Below, one piece after another: positions 1-7,562 of a stretch of DNA of 25,065 bases. The notes beneath the pieces were generated by a model. It had not been told where the DNA came from, did no database searches, and saw only the letters and a list, made by a program, of their open reading frames with translations. Source of the stretch: an uncultured Deinococcales bacterium (GTDB taxonomy: Bacteria; Deinococcota; Deinococci; Deinococcales; JAAFIG01); the NCBI GenBank assembly GCA_964247135.1, contig CAXTTL010000046.1, positions 1-25,065 of the forward strand. The letters are read 5' to 3'. Every line of letters starts with the position of its first letter. Within the stretch, counting starts at the first letter, position 1. The position numbers were made by a program, and so were the translations under genes.

Positions 1-1
1 C

Positions 2-340
2 AAATCGCTCGAGGGTCGAATGCAGTACGTGCTCGTCTCCGACCCGATTCCTGCGGGCATGAAAGCCCTTGACGAGCGCAGCCTCAGCATCACGGGCGTC
101 TCGAGCGGCGACAATTACTACGATTGGAATTACTGGTATTCGGGACGCGACATCCGTGACGAACGCGTTGACCTGTACGCCTACAGCCTCGAAGGAACAC
201 AAACCATGCAGTACATTCTGCGGGCGCAAACCCCAGGCAAATACACTGCGCTGCCCGCCAATGCCAGCCTGATGTACGACCCAGACGTTGCCGGTCAAAG
301 CGCCGCCAGCACTTTCACCATCCATGACCGAGGACAATAA
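2..340 (+). CDS. Bacterial alpha-2-macroglobulin family protein, C-terminal MG10 domain (5'-partial)
   Basis: Frame is open from base 2. YVLVSDPIPAG...DIRDERVDLYA...YILRAQTPGKYTALPANASLMYDP matches the C-terminal bMG10 pattern of YfaS/YfhM-type proteins. Confidence 0.85.
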   Translation, partial: KSLEGRMQYVLVSDPIPAGMKALDERSLSITGVSSGDNYYDWNYWYSGRDIRDERVDLYAYSLEGTQTMQYILRAQTPGKYTALPANASLMYDPDVAGQSAASTFTIHDRGQ

Positions 341-405
341 AAATTTCTCGAGCTTCCTCAACGCTCCTGCCAAAAAAGTACCCCCTGCAAGCAGGGGGGT
401 GCCGC

Positions 406-1158
406 ATGTCAGAAAGGTACTTTGACCATGATTGTCGGCAAGTTCTGGCTGTTGCGGCGGGGGTCTTGCGCCACGAAAACTCCAGTCTCACGCCACGAAA
501 CCTCCCAGCTCGAGGTTTGTTACTAGGTCAATTGAGTCTCTGTATTGCACTCCTTTTCTCCTCGAGTTTCGCCGTTTCAACCTTTCAAACCAGCAACCTC
601 ACCATCAAATACCACGATCCCAAAGACAAATCCCAACTCGAGCCGGTGGCGCTTGCCTGGCAAGACGCGCAAACCAAACTTCGCGCCATCGGACTCGAGC
701 CTCAAGCCGTTACGCTCGAGGCGTATGCCAGTGCCGCGCAATTCAGCAAAGCGACGGGTGAACCGTGGTTTGTGGCGGCACTGACCCAAGGAAAACGCAT
801 TCAAACCCAGCGACTCGGGGCTTTGAAGGCTCGAGGAATTCTAAGATTTACAATCTTGCACGAATCATTCCACACCGTTCAACCAGTCAAACTCCCGCGT
901 TGGTTGGCAGAAGGTTTAGCCAGAATCTTCTCGGGCGAAACCTCGAGCGACCCAAGCCCGTCAGGTGCTGCTGTAGGGTCAAGAAGTGATTCACAGCAGA
1001 CCAAGCTCGAGCAAATTTCAGAATCTCAGTTAAATACCGCACTCGAGGGACGCAATGCCCAAATCAGCCTCGAGCAAGCCTACTGGGAAGCCAGCCGCCG
1101 CGCTCAAAAACTACTGGCAGCTCGAGGATGGAAAAGTGTTTTGAACGGTTACCGTTAG
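406..1158 (+). CDS. Exported HExxH (gluzincin/peptidase MA-like) domain protein; true start probably downstream, near the signal peptide
   Basis: Signal-like LSLCIALLFSSSFA; ILHESFH followed by PRWLAEGLA (HExxH...E metal motif); lies directly after the A2M gene. Confidence 0.6.
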   Translation: MSERYFDHDCRQVLAVAAGVLRHENSSLTPRNLPARGLLLGQLSLCIALLFSSSFAVSTFQTSNLTIKYHDPKDKSQLEPVALAWQDAQTKLRAIGLEPQAVTLEAYASAAQFSKATGEPWFVAALTQGKRIQTQRLGALKARGILRFTILHESFHTVQPVKLPRWLAEGLARIFSGETSSDPSPSGAAVGSRSDSQQTKLEQISESQLNTALEGRNAQISLEQAYWEASRRAQKLLAARGWKSVLNGYR

Positions 1159-1285
1159 CGTCTCGAAAATCGGTTTTGAAACTCAAGTTGCTTGAACCCC
1201 TCTCGCATCTCAATTTCGATTGCCTCTTGTGCGATACTAAAGCCATGAGATTCAAAAACCCGAGTTTTGTCGTTGGAGGTCGCGT

Positions 1286-2812
1286 ATGAAGCCACAAACC
1301 CTGATTCCCCTGCTGGTGATTGCGGTTGCCGCATTTTTTGGTTGGAATTCGTATCAGAACTGTCAGTTGCAGCTTCCTGGGCTTGCCGCGCCAGCCAATT
1401 GCGTCTCGAGTCCGACGACTCCGACCACCCCTACGACGCCAACCACGCCGATCACGCCAACAACCCCAACGACCCCAACAACACCAACGACCCCAACCTC
1501 AACAACCCCGACCACTCCAACGCCTCCGACCACCCCAACCGGTGGCGGTGCACCGGAATTAACAATGGTCACGCCCGACGTGAATCCTGCGATCAACCTT
1601 CGCCCCGAACGCGCCGCCATCCTCTCGGCATTCGGAGCGAAGGATTATCCAAACGTCATGAGCCTTGCCGACGGTTGGCTGAATGCCCGTCCCGCCGACG
1701 CTTTGATTGCTTTGGTGCGCAACAACGCGCTCTTAAAACAACGAGGCTCGAGCGTGATTACGATAGGGGTCAGCGTTCCGACCAGCGGCGCGACCACCCA
1801 AGCGGGCGAGGCTGTTTTGCAGGGCGTGAACATGGCGGTGCAAGAAGCCAACAAAGACGGTGGGGTGGGCGGGAAGTCCATTGCGGTTGAAATCTTGAAC
1901 GACCAAAATGACCGCGCCCTGGCAATTCAGGTGGCAACGGCAATGGTTGCCAATTCCAAAGTGCTCGGGGTGATTGGACCCGTCAACTCGAGTAGTGCGC
2001 TTGCCGCCGCCGATATTTACAACGGTGGGCTGGTGCATATCGCGCCAACCGCCAGCGATGACCGTCTTGCCGATTCCGGTCCTTGGACATTTCGCATGGT
2101 TCCCAAGAACAGCGCCCAAGGGCGGGCGCTGGCTCGAATTGCCAAACAGCGCGGTTTCATTCGGATTCCGGTTTATTTTGATCCCAAAGTTGCTTACAGC
2201 AAAGGTTTAGCCGATTCCTTTGAAAAAGAAGCCGCAAGCCTTGGAATCAGTGCCGTACCAGTCGAATTTACTTCGGGCAGCTTGCCCGAGCAAGCTGGCT
2301 TTGATGTTTTTCAAGATTCACCAGCGCCCGATGCGGCTTTTATTTCTGGGGATTATACCGATGTCGCCAGGATTGCCAAGGCGTTGCGTGAACAAAACAT
2401 CACCGTGCCGCTGATTGCGGGTGATAGCGCTTATTCGCAATCCTTACTGCAAACGGCGGGTACAGCGGTTGAAGGTCTGACCCTGGTCAGTTACTTTCAT
2501 GCCAGCGCCACCAGCGTCGGCAGCACCCAGAGTTTTGTCAAAGCCTTCGCCAACCGTTACGGCGGCGGTACACCGAACGCCCGAGCAGCCCAGGCTTACG
2601 ACGCCACCAGAACGCTGATCGAGGCGATTAGACGCGCCAAAACCCTTGACCGTGCAGGCGTGAAGGCGGCGCTGAATACCTTCACCAGCGCAAAACCAGG
2701 TCCAGGGGTCACCAGCAAAGTGCAATTTAAAGACGGTGGCATTGTCGGGCGTCCGTTTGTGGTGATTCAGGTGGCGCAAGGCAAACTGGTTTCAAGTGGC
2801 ATTGCCCAGTAA
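1286..2812 (+). CDS. Branched-chain amino acid (LivJ/LivK, Peripla_BP_6) type ligand-binding protein with N-terminal membrane anchor and Pro/Thr linker
   Basis: RBS GGAGG before ATG; IGVSVPTSG, GVNMAVQEANKDGGVGGK, VIGPVNSS, AAQAYDA motifs typical of type I periplasmic binding proteins. Confidence 0.85.
   Translation: MKPQTLIPLLVIAVAAFFGWNSYQNCQLQLPGLAAPANCVSSPTTPTTPTTPTTPITPTTPTTPTTPTTPTSTTPTTPTPPTTPTGGGAPELTMVTPDVNPAINLRPERAAILSAFGAKDYPNVMSLADGWLNARPADALIALVRNNALLKQRGSSVITIGVSVPTSGATTQAGEAVLQGVNMAVQEANKDGGVGGKSIAVEILNDQNDRALAIQVATAMVANSKVLGVIGPVNSSSALAAADIYNGGLVHIAPTASDDRLADSGPWTFRMVPKNSAQGRALARIAKQRGFIRIPVYFDPKVAYSKGLADSFEKEAASLGISAVPVEFTSGSLPEQAGFDVFQDSPAPDAAFISGDYTDVARIAKALREQNITVPLIAGDSAYSQSLLQTAGTAVEGLTLVSYFHASATSVGSTQSFVKAFANRYGGGTPNARAAQAYDATRTLIEAIRRAKTLDRAGVKAALNTFTSAKPGPGVTSKVQFKDGGIVGRPFVVIQVAQGKLVSSGIAQ
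1411..1540 (+). repeat. Coding (Pro-Thr-Thr)n low-complexity tandem repeat
   Basis: Translates as PTTPTTPTTPTTPITPTTPTTPTTPTTPTSTTPTTPTPPTTPT; imperfect 9-bp period. Confidence 0.9.
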
Positions 2813-2826
2813 AAATAAAACTTCCA

Positions 2827-2864
2827 GAATAAGGCTCGAGTTTGAACTCGAGCCTTATTCTTTT
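2827..2864. terminator. Intrinsic terminator-like hairpin between convergent genes, with CTCGAG in each arm
   Basis: GAATAAGGCTCGAGTT-TG-AACTCGAGCCTTATTC perfect 16-bp inverted repeat followed by TTTT; overlaps the glycosyltransferase stop codon. Confidence 0.7.
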
Positions 2865-4039
2865 AAGCGCACCAGTTTCCCGCCTTGACTGACGCGGTAG
2901 ACGCTGCCACGCCAGGACGTGGTGGTTTGAATCAGCGCCCGAATCCAGGCGCCAAGGAGTAAAATCTCGGTCAGCGGTAAAAACCACATTGAACGCCACA
3001 TCGCGGGTTCTTGAAAGTAAATGATGTTTAAAATGGCAATCCCAACCCAGCGCAGGCTGACGTAACCAAGCAAAATCGCCCAACCGATGCTGGCAGAAAT
3101 TCCTGCCAATGGCAGTAAAAAAGGCAGTGACAAGGCTGCCAAAAATGGATGTGTCAGTGGCAAAAGGCAATACTCGAGCAACGGAATCGTGGTGCGGTAA
3201 GTCAAATGCCAACGGTGCTGATGCGCCCAGTACTCGAGAAAGGTTTTCTTGGGTTCGGGAACGTTGCCGCGAACTTTGGTGATGATGCTTTGGTAACCAG
3301 ATTCAAACAAAAATTTACCCATCGTCGAATCGTCGGCAATATTGTCTGCAACGCGTCCGAAACCACCAACTTGCGCCAGCATCTCAGGTTTGATGGCATA
3401 GTATGTGCCAGGAAAAACGTCGCGCACGCCAAAAAATTCTTTCATGCTGTAAAACAAAATCATAAAAGGGCTGTAATACGAACCGATCAAATGGGCACCA
3501 AAGTCTTGCATGTCGCGGTAGACCGGAATCGCGCCAGCAGCCGCCACGGGTTTGCTGCCGGGCTGAGAGTAAAGTGCGCGTACCAAACGGCGCACATCGT
3601 CTTTGCCCGCAATTAAATCCGAATCGGCACTCACATAAACCTTTCCAGTGGCAATACGTTGTGCGGCGAGCACATTGTTGGCTTTGCCCATCTCCACGGT
3701 TCGGGGACTCGAGTCCACCAATTTGATCTCGCGGTTGGGGTACGACTGTTGCAATTCGCGGATCATCGGCAGCACGGGGTCGTCCTGCCCTTCGACTGCA
3801 AAAATCACTTCAAAATCGGGGTAATCCTGCTCGATAAACGAAACAAATCCGGCTCGAGCGGCAGGATCAAGCCCTTTGACCGGTTTAAGGATTGAGACTC
3901 GGGGCCAGTTTGCGGGGTCGCTGGCTTCTGGTTGCGCCAAAAACTTTAATGCTGCCAGAAAAGCCAGCACAAAGACCACGCTCGAGATCAACGTGAAAGC
4001 CAACAGTACCAGCGCGACCACAGCCATTGCCTGCATCAT
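2855..4039 (-). CDS. Glycosyltransferase, GT21 ceramide glucosyltransferase / HpnI-like
   Basis: N-terminal TM helix, VSILKPVKGLD, GKANN, DSD, IADD and QHRW (QxRW) motifs, C-terminal TM helices ending WRG. Confidence 0.8.
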   Translation of the reverse strand: MMQAMAVVALVLLAFTLISSVVFVLAFLAALKFLAQPEASDPANWPRVSILKPVKGLDPAARAGFVSFIEQDYPDFEVIFAVEGQDDPVLPMIRELQQSYPNREIKLVDSSPRTVEMGKANNVLAAQRIATGKVYVSADSDLIAGKDDVRRLVRALYSQPGSKPVAAAGAIPVYRDMQDFGAHLIGSYYSPFMILFYSMKEFFGVRDVFPGTYYAIKPEMLAQVGGFGRVADNIADDSTMGKFLFESGYQSIITKVRGNVPEPKKTFLEYWAHQHRWHLTYRTTIPLLEYCLLPLTHPFLAALSLPFLLPLAGISASIGWAILLGYVSLRWVGIAILNIIYFQEPAMWRSMWFLPLTEILLLGAWIRALIQTTTSWRGSVYRVSQGGKLVRLKE

Positions 4040-4923
4040 ACCTCGAGATTTCGCCTGTCGGAATCAAATGGAATAAAATTTGAGATCGCCTGCGCAAATT
4101 CTTCAACTTGCTCGAGCCAAGGATAATGACCCGTCTCGAGTTCGATCAAGTCCGCAGCGGCAAGATCAACCAACCAGTCTGTCTGAGATGGGTAAGCGGT
4201 GACATCTTGCACACCTGCGATGACCAGAATCGGTTTTGAAATATCTGCCAGGTAATTGGGGTATTCAAAATCCCACAAGCCATTAAAAACCAACAATTCT
4301 TGCATCGTGCCGCCCGCCAGCAGCGTCGATTCGGCATCGGAAAACTCGAGCCTCAGGCGCGATTGCGGGTTTGGAAAGTGTAATCTCGAGATCAGGTCGC
4401 TGGCGTTCAGCATCGAAAAAGCTTTCTCGACACGGTCCTCAGGTTTTTCAGGGATTTCACTTAAAGTGTGCTCGCTCAGACGTGCCGCAGACTCGAGCAA
4501 AACCTGCGACAATTCTGGGTAATGAATCCAAGGGTTCACGGCAATCACTTTGTCGGTATGCTCGGGAAAACGCCGCGCATACTCGAGCGCCAACAACGCC
4601 CCAAAACCATGCCCAAGCGGTGTCCAGGAATCAATCTCGAGAAATTCCCGTACTGCCTCTAAATCGTTTACCAAAGCATCAATCGTGTAATTCATGGCTT
4701 CTTGCGCGGGTTCGCTCGAGCGACCACAACCGCGTTGGTCAAGGTAAATCACACGGTAGTCTTCAAAGTATTCGCCTGCGATGTCTTGAAAGCTGTAGGA
4801 GTTATAACCTGGTCCACCGTGCAAAAACACGATCACTGGCGCATTATCGGTTCCAGAATCGGCAAAAAACAGTTCCACGCCGTTTAATTCTTCAAGATAT
4901 TCAGTTGATAAATCATCATTCAT
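4036..4923 (-). CDS. Proline iminopeptidase-related alpha/beta hydrolase (TTHA1809-like), nucleophile Ser replaced by Gly
   Basis: LHGGPG, DQRGCGRS, LGHGFG and C-terminal GHYPWLE; 4-bp overlap with the downstream glycosyltransferase. Confidence 0.8.
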   Translation of the reverse strand: MNDDLSTEYLEELNGVELFFADSGTDNAPVIVFLHGGPGYNSYSFQDIAGEYFEDYRVIYLDQRGCGRSSEPAQEAMNYTIDALVNDLEAVREFLEIDSWTPLGHGFGALLALEYARRFPEHTDKVIAVNPWIHYPELSQVLLESAARLSEHTLSEIPEKPEDRVEKAFSMLNASDLISRLHFPNPQSRLRLEFSDAESTLLAGGTMQELLVFNGLWDFEYPNYLADISKPILVIAGVQDVTAYPSQTDWLVDLAAADLIELETGHYPWLEQVEEFAQAISNFIPFDSDRRNLEV

Positions 4924-4963
4924 TACGCCATCCTAAACCGAAAACAGCCCCCCAATTGCGGGT

Positions 4964-4992
4964 TTGACACCTTCACAGGTGCGTGATACACT
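4964..4992 (+). promoter_or_regulatory. Sigma70/SigA promoter for the tRNA-Cys/tRNA-Val operon
   Basis: TTGACA (4964-4969), 17-bp spacer, TACACT (4987-4992) with extended -10 TG. Confidence 0.75.
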
Positions 4993-5055
4993 CCGTTTCG
5001 CTTGAGGGTTTGCATTCTCGAGTGACCCAAGATTTCCTCACTTGGGTAAGTTCAG

Positions 5056-5130
5056 GGCGTCGTAGCCAAGTGGTAAGGCAAGGGTCTGCAAAACCCTCAC
5101 TCGGCGGTTCGAATCCGCCCGACGCCTCCA
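5056..5130 (+). tRNA. tRNA-Cys(GCA)
   Basis: Acceptor GGCGTCG/CGACGCC, anticodon arm AGGGT-CTGCAAA-ACCCT, T arm GGCGG-TTCGAAT-CCGCC, T73 and encoded CCA. Confidence 0.97.
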
Positions 5131-5145
5131 AAGCGTGACTGGTAT

Positions 5146-5220
5146 AGGTTCGTAGCTCAGGGGTAGAGCACCACATTGACACTGTGGGGGTCAGCAGTTC
5201 AAATCTGCTCGAGCCTACCA
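5146..5220 (+). tRNA. tRNA-Val(GAC)
   Basis: Acceptor AGGTTCG/CGAGCCT, anticodon arm CCACA-TTGACAC-TGTGG, T arm AGCAG-TTCAAAT-CTGCT, ACCA end. Confidence 0.97.
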
Positions 5221-5228
5221 AACAAGAG

Positions 5229-5257
5229 AAGACGCCAGCGATTTTGCTGGCGTCTTT
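5229..5257 (+). terminator. Terminator hairpin after the tRNAs
   Basis: AAGACGCCAGC-GATTTT-GCTGGCGTCTT followed by T-rich sequence. Confidence 0.65.
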
Positions 5258-5272
5258 CAATTTCAAAACAAA

Positions 5273-5306
5273 AAGAAGCCCGAGAATTTAAATTCTCGGG
5301 CTTCTT
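5273..5306 (-). terminator. Terminator of the pil operon (perfect 34-bp palindrome)
   Basis: AAGAAGCCCGAGAATTT/AAATTCTCGGGCTTCTT, 12 bp past the pilQ stop, with an A-run on the left that gives a U-tail on the minus strand. Confidence 0.75.
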
Positions 5307-5318
5307 AATCGCTTGGTT

Positions 5319-7562
5319 TTACTTGATGATGTTGGCAGTCACTACAATCAGCAATTGGGTTTGATCCGAACTCGTGGAAGATTTCTTAAACAAATCACCA
5401 ATCAGTGGGATTGAACTGAGAATCGGAATACCTTGGTCTGTTGAATCTTTTGAAGTGGCAAGCAAGCTGCCCATCAGAAGTGTCTGACCATCTTTGAGGC
5501 GAACTGTTGATTCTGATTGACGGTCTGTGAAATCAATACGGGTTGCACTGGTGTTGGTTGGGTCTGTAACACCGCTGACATTGGCTTTAACACCTAAAGT
5601 AATGTCACCATTCGCAGCAACCGTTGGGGTGACTTCTACCTGCACACCAAATTCAAGGGTCCGTGAAGCCAAGGCTGTTGCTGTGCCAGCACCAGTTGTT
5701 GGAGATTGGATTTCGATCCGCCCACCTGATTTCAAAAGTCCTTTTCCATTGTTTAAAACAGTAATGGTCGAATCATTGATCTTTTTCGAGAGTTTTTGAG
5801 TCTCGAGGGCATTCAAGGCTGCACCAATGTTTAAGCCTGCAACGCTACGGGTGGCATCAAACAAGAAGTTGAGTGCGCCGTTTAGAATTGATCCCGAAAA
5901 ATTACCAAAGCCCAAACTCCAATCGATACCCAAGGCGCGGCTTGCACTATCGGTTACCTCTTGAATCCGAATGCCGACATTGACCAAAGATTGTGGTTTA
6001 TCCAGCGACGGTAAGACTGCAATCACACTGTCCACTTGTTCAGGAGTTCCGCTGATAATCAAGGTGTTGGAATCATCATCTGCGACAATGCTGACTTGGA
6101 TTGGTGTAACGGTGGTTGCACCTGGCAGGGTGGTGGCTTGAGCACCTGTGCCAGTTGTGGTGGGTTGAGCACCGGCTGTAATCTGACCTAAAACACTGGC
6201 GAGTTTGCTGGCTTTGGCATACGACAACGAAAAGGTTTTACGAACGGTCAAAGTTGGAGCAACTGGAGCGGCGGCAGGGGTTGCCTTGTCCACGGTTGCC
6301 AGCAATTGCTTGACTTGGGCTTGCTCGGCGGTGGTGGCGTTGACGATCAAAATCTTCTGGTTCGGGGCAACGGTCACTTTAATGCCAGGGTAAGTGTTCT
6401 CGAGGAACACTTTTAAAGCGGTCGGATCGCCATTGACTTCGTAGGTTTGCACCACGGTCACAACCGCAGGCGGCGGCGCGGAAACCGTTTGCGGAATGTC
6501 CACTCGAGCCAGTAGGTTTTTAACTTGGTCTTGTTCGGTTGGTGTACCTGTGACAATAATCAGTTTCTGATTTGGTGGTACGGTCACACGAAGGCTTGGA
6601 TAGGTGCTCTCGAGAAATTTCTTTAAGCCTTCAGGATCACCGTTGACTTCATACGTTTGCGTGACAGGTAAAATCACCGGAGCTTGTTGCACAGGGACAG
6701 GTGGCGGCACTGGTTTATCGACCTGTGCCAACACTTTGGCAACCTGATCGTGCTCGGCGGCGGTGGCGCTGACAATCAAAACCTTTTGGTTTGGCGGAAC
6801 ATTGACTTTGATGGTCGGGAATGCACCTTCGAGGAACTTCTTTAAGGCTTCAGGATCGCCATTCACATCGTAAGAGCGCAATTCGGTTGGAATGACCGAG
6901 GTGGTCGTGGTTGGTGGCAGCGGTTTATCGACTTGTGCCAGCAATTCTTTGACTTGAACATGTTCTTCTGTGGTCGCGGCGATTACCAGCAATTTTTGAT
7001 TTGGTGGAACGGTGACTTTGATGGTTGGATAGGTGCTTTCCAAAAAGGCTTTTAAGGCAACTGGATCGCCGCTGACCACGTAGGTGCGGATTTCAATGGC
7101 GGGGGCAACGGGGGCTTGTTGAACAGGAGTCGGTTGTGGTGTGGCGACTGGCGTTGGGGCTTTGGGCAAGAACTTCTCGATCACCGAAGGGGGTCCGACC
7201 ACCACGACATTGTTGGGTTGTAAAACATAGTCCAAGCCGTACAGTGTAATTAAGGTGTCCCAAACTTGACGAAACGGTTTTTTAACACTCCAGGCGGACC
7301 CCAACGTCCGGTCAGGAATGGCTTCGGGCAAAACTTGCAAACCGACAGATTTGCCAATGATCCTTAAATAATCCTCGAGTTTGGTTCCGTCAGGACCGAC
7401 CTGAAATTCGATGATCTGATCGAATCTGGAATCGCTGGGAAACCTCGAGCTTTGTTGCGCCATTGCGGGAAAGAAAGTACTCGAGAGGGCGAGGAGGAAG
7501 ATCGTCAAACTTGTGAGCAGTTTTGGCATGGACACCACCTTCGGGAAAGTTATGAGACGCAT
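5319..7562 (-). CDS. pilQ: Type IV pilus / DNA-uptake secretin PilQ
   Basis: Signal peptide, N domains (LSYAKA...IVADDDSNTLIISGTPEQV) and C-terminal secretin (FGVQVEVTP, VRLKDGQTLLMGSL, GIPILSSIPLIGDLFK); last gene of pilMNOWQ; TAATG stop/start overlap with pilW. Confidence 0.92.
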   Translation of the reverse strand: MRLITFPKVVSMPKLLTSLTIFLLALSSTFFPAMAQQSSRFPSDSRFDQIIEFQVGPDGTKLEDYLRIIGKSVGLQVLPEAIPDRTLGSAWSVKKPFRQVWDTLITLYGLDYVLQPNNVVVVGPPSVIEKFLPKAPTPVATPQPTPVQQAPVAPAIEIRTYVVSGDPVALKAFLESTYPTIKVTVPPNQKLLVIAATTEEHVQVKELLAQVDKPLPPTTTTSVIPTELRSYDVNGDPEALKKFLEGAFPTIKVNVPPNQKVLIVSATAAEHDQVAKVLAQVDKPVPPPVPVQQAPVILPVTQTYEVNGDPEGLKKFLESTYPSLRVTVPPNQKLIIVTGTPTEQDQVKNLLARVDIPQTVSAPPPAVVTVVQTYEVNGDPTALKVFLENTYPGIKVTVAPNQKILIVNATTAEQAQVKQLLATVDKATPAAAPVAPTLTVRKTFSLSYAKASKLASVLGQITAGAQPTTTGTGAQATTLPGATTVTPIQVSIVADDDSNTLIISGTPEQVDSVIAVLPSLDKPQSLVNVGIRIQEVTDSASRALGIDWSLGFGNFSGSILNGALNFLFDATRSVAGLNIGAALNALETQKLSKKINDSTITVLNNGKGLLKSGGRIEIQSPTTGAGTATALASRTLEFGVQVEVTPTVAANGDITLGVKANVSGVTDPTNTSATRIDFTDRQSESTVRLKDGQTLLMGSLLATSKDSTDQGIPILSSIPLIGDLFKKSSTSSDQTQLLIVVTANIIK
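6283..7094 (-). repeat. Four tandem ~70-aa N-domain repeats within PilQ
   Basis: Four copies of (T/S)YxV(N/S)GDPxxLKxFLExx(Y/F)PxxxVxVxPNQKxxxxxxTxxExxQVxxxLAxVD at ~210-220 bp period. Confidence 0.9.

Noticed and set aside
1411-1540. Short-period repeat as a CRISPR array or VNTR
   Set aside because: Degenerate at third codon positions, no spacers; it is a coding PTT linker.
4973-5266. 97-aa minus-strand ORF (also 23807-24052)
   Set aside because: Antisense to tRNA genes; spurious.
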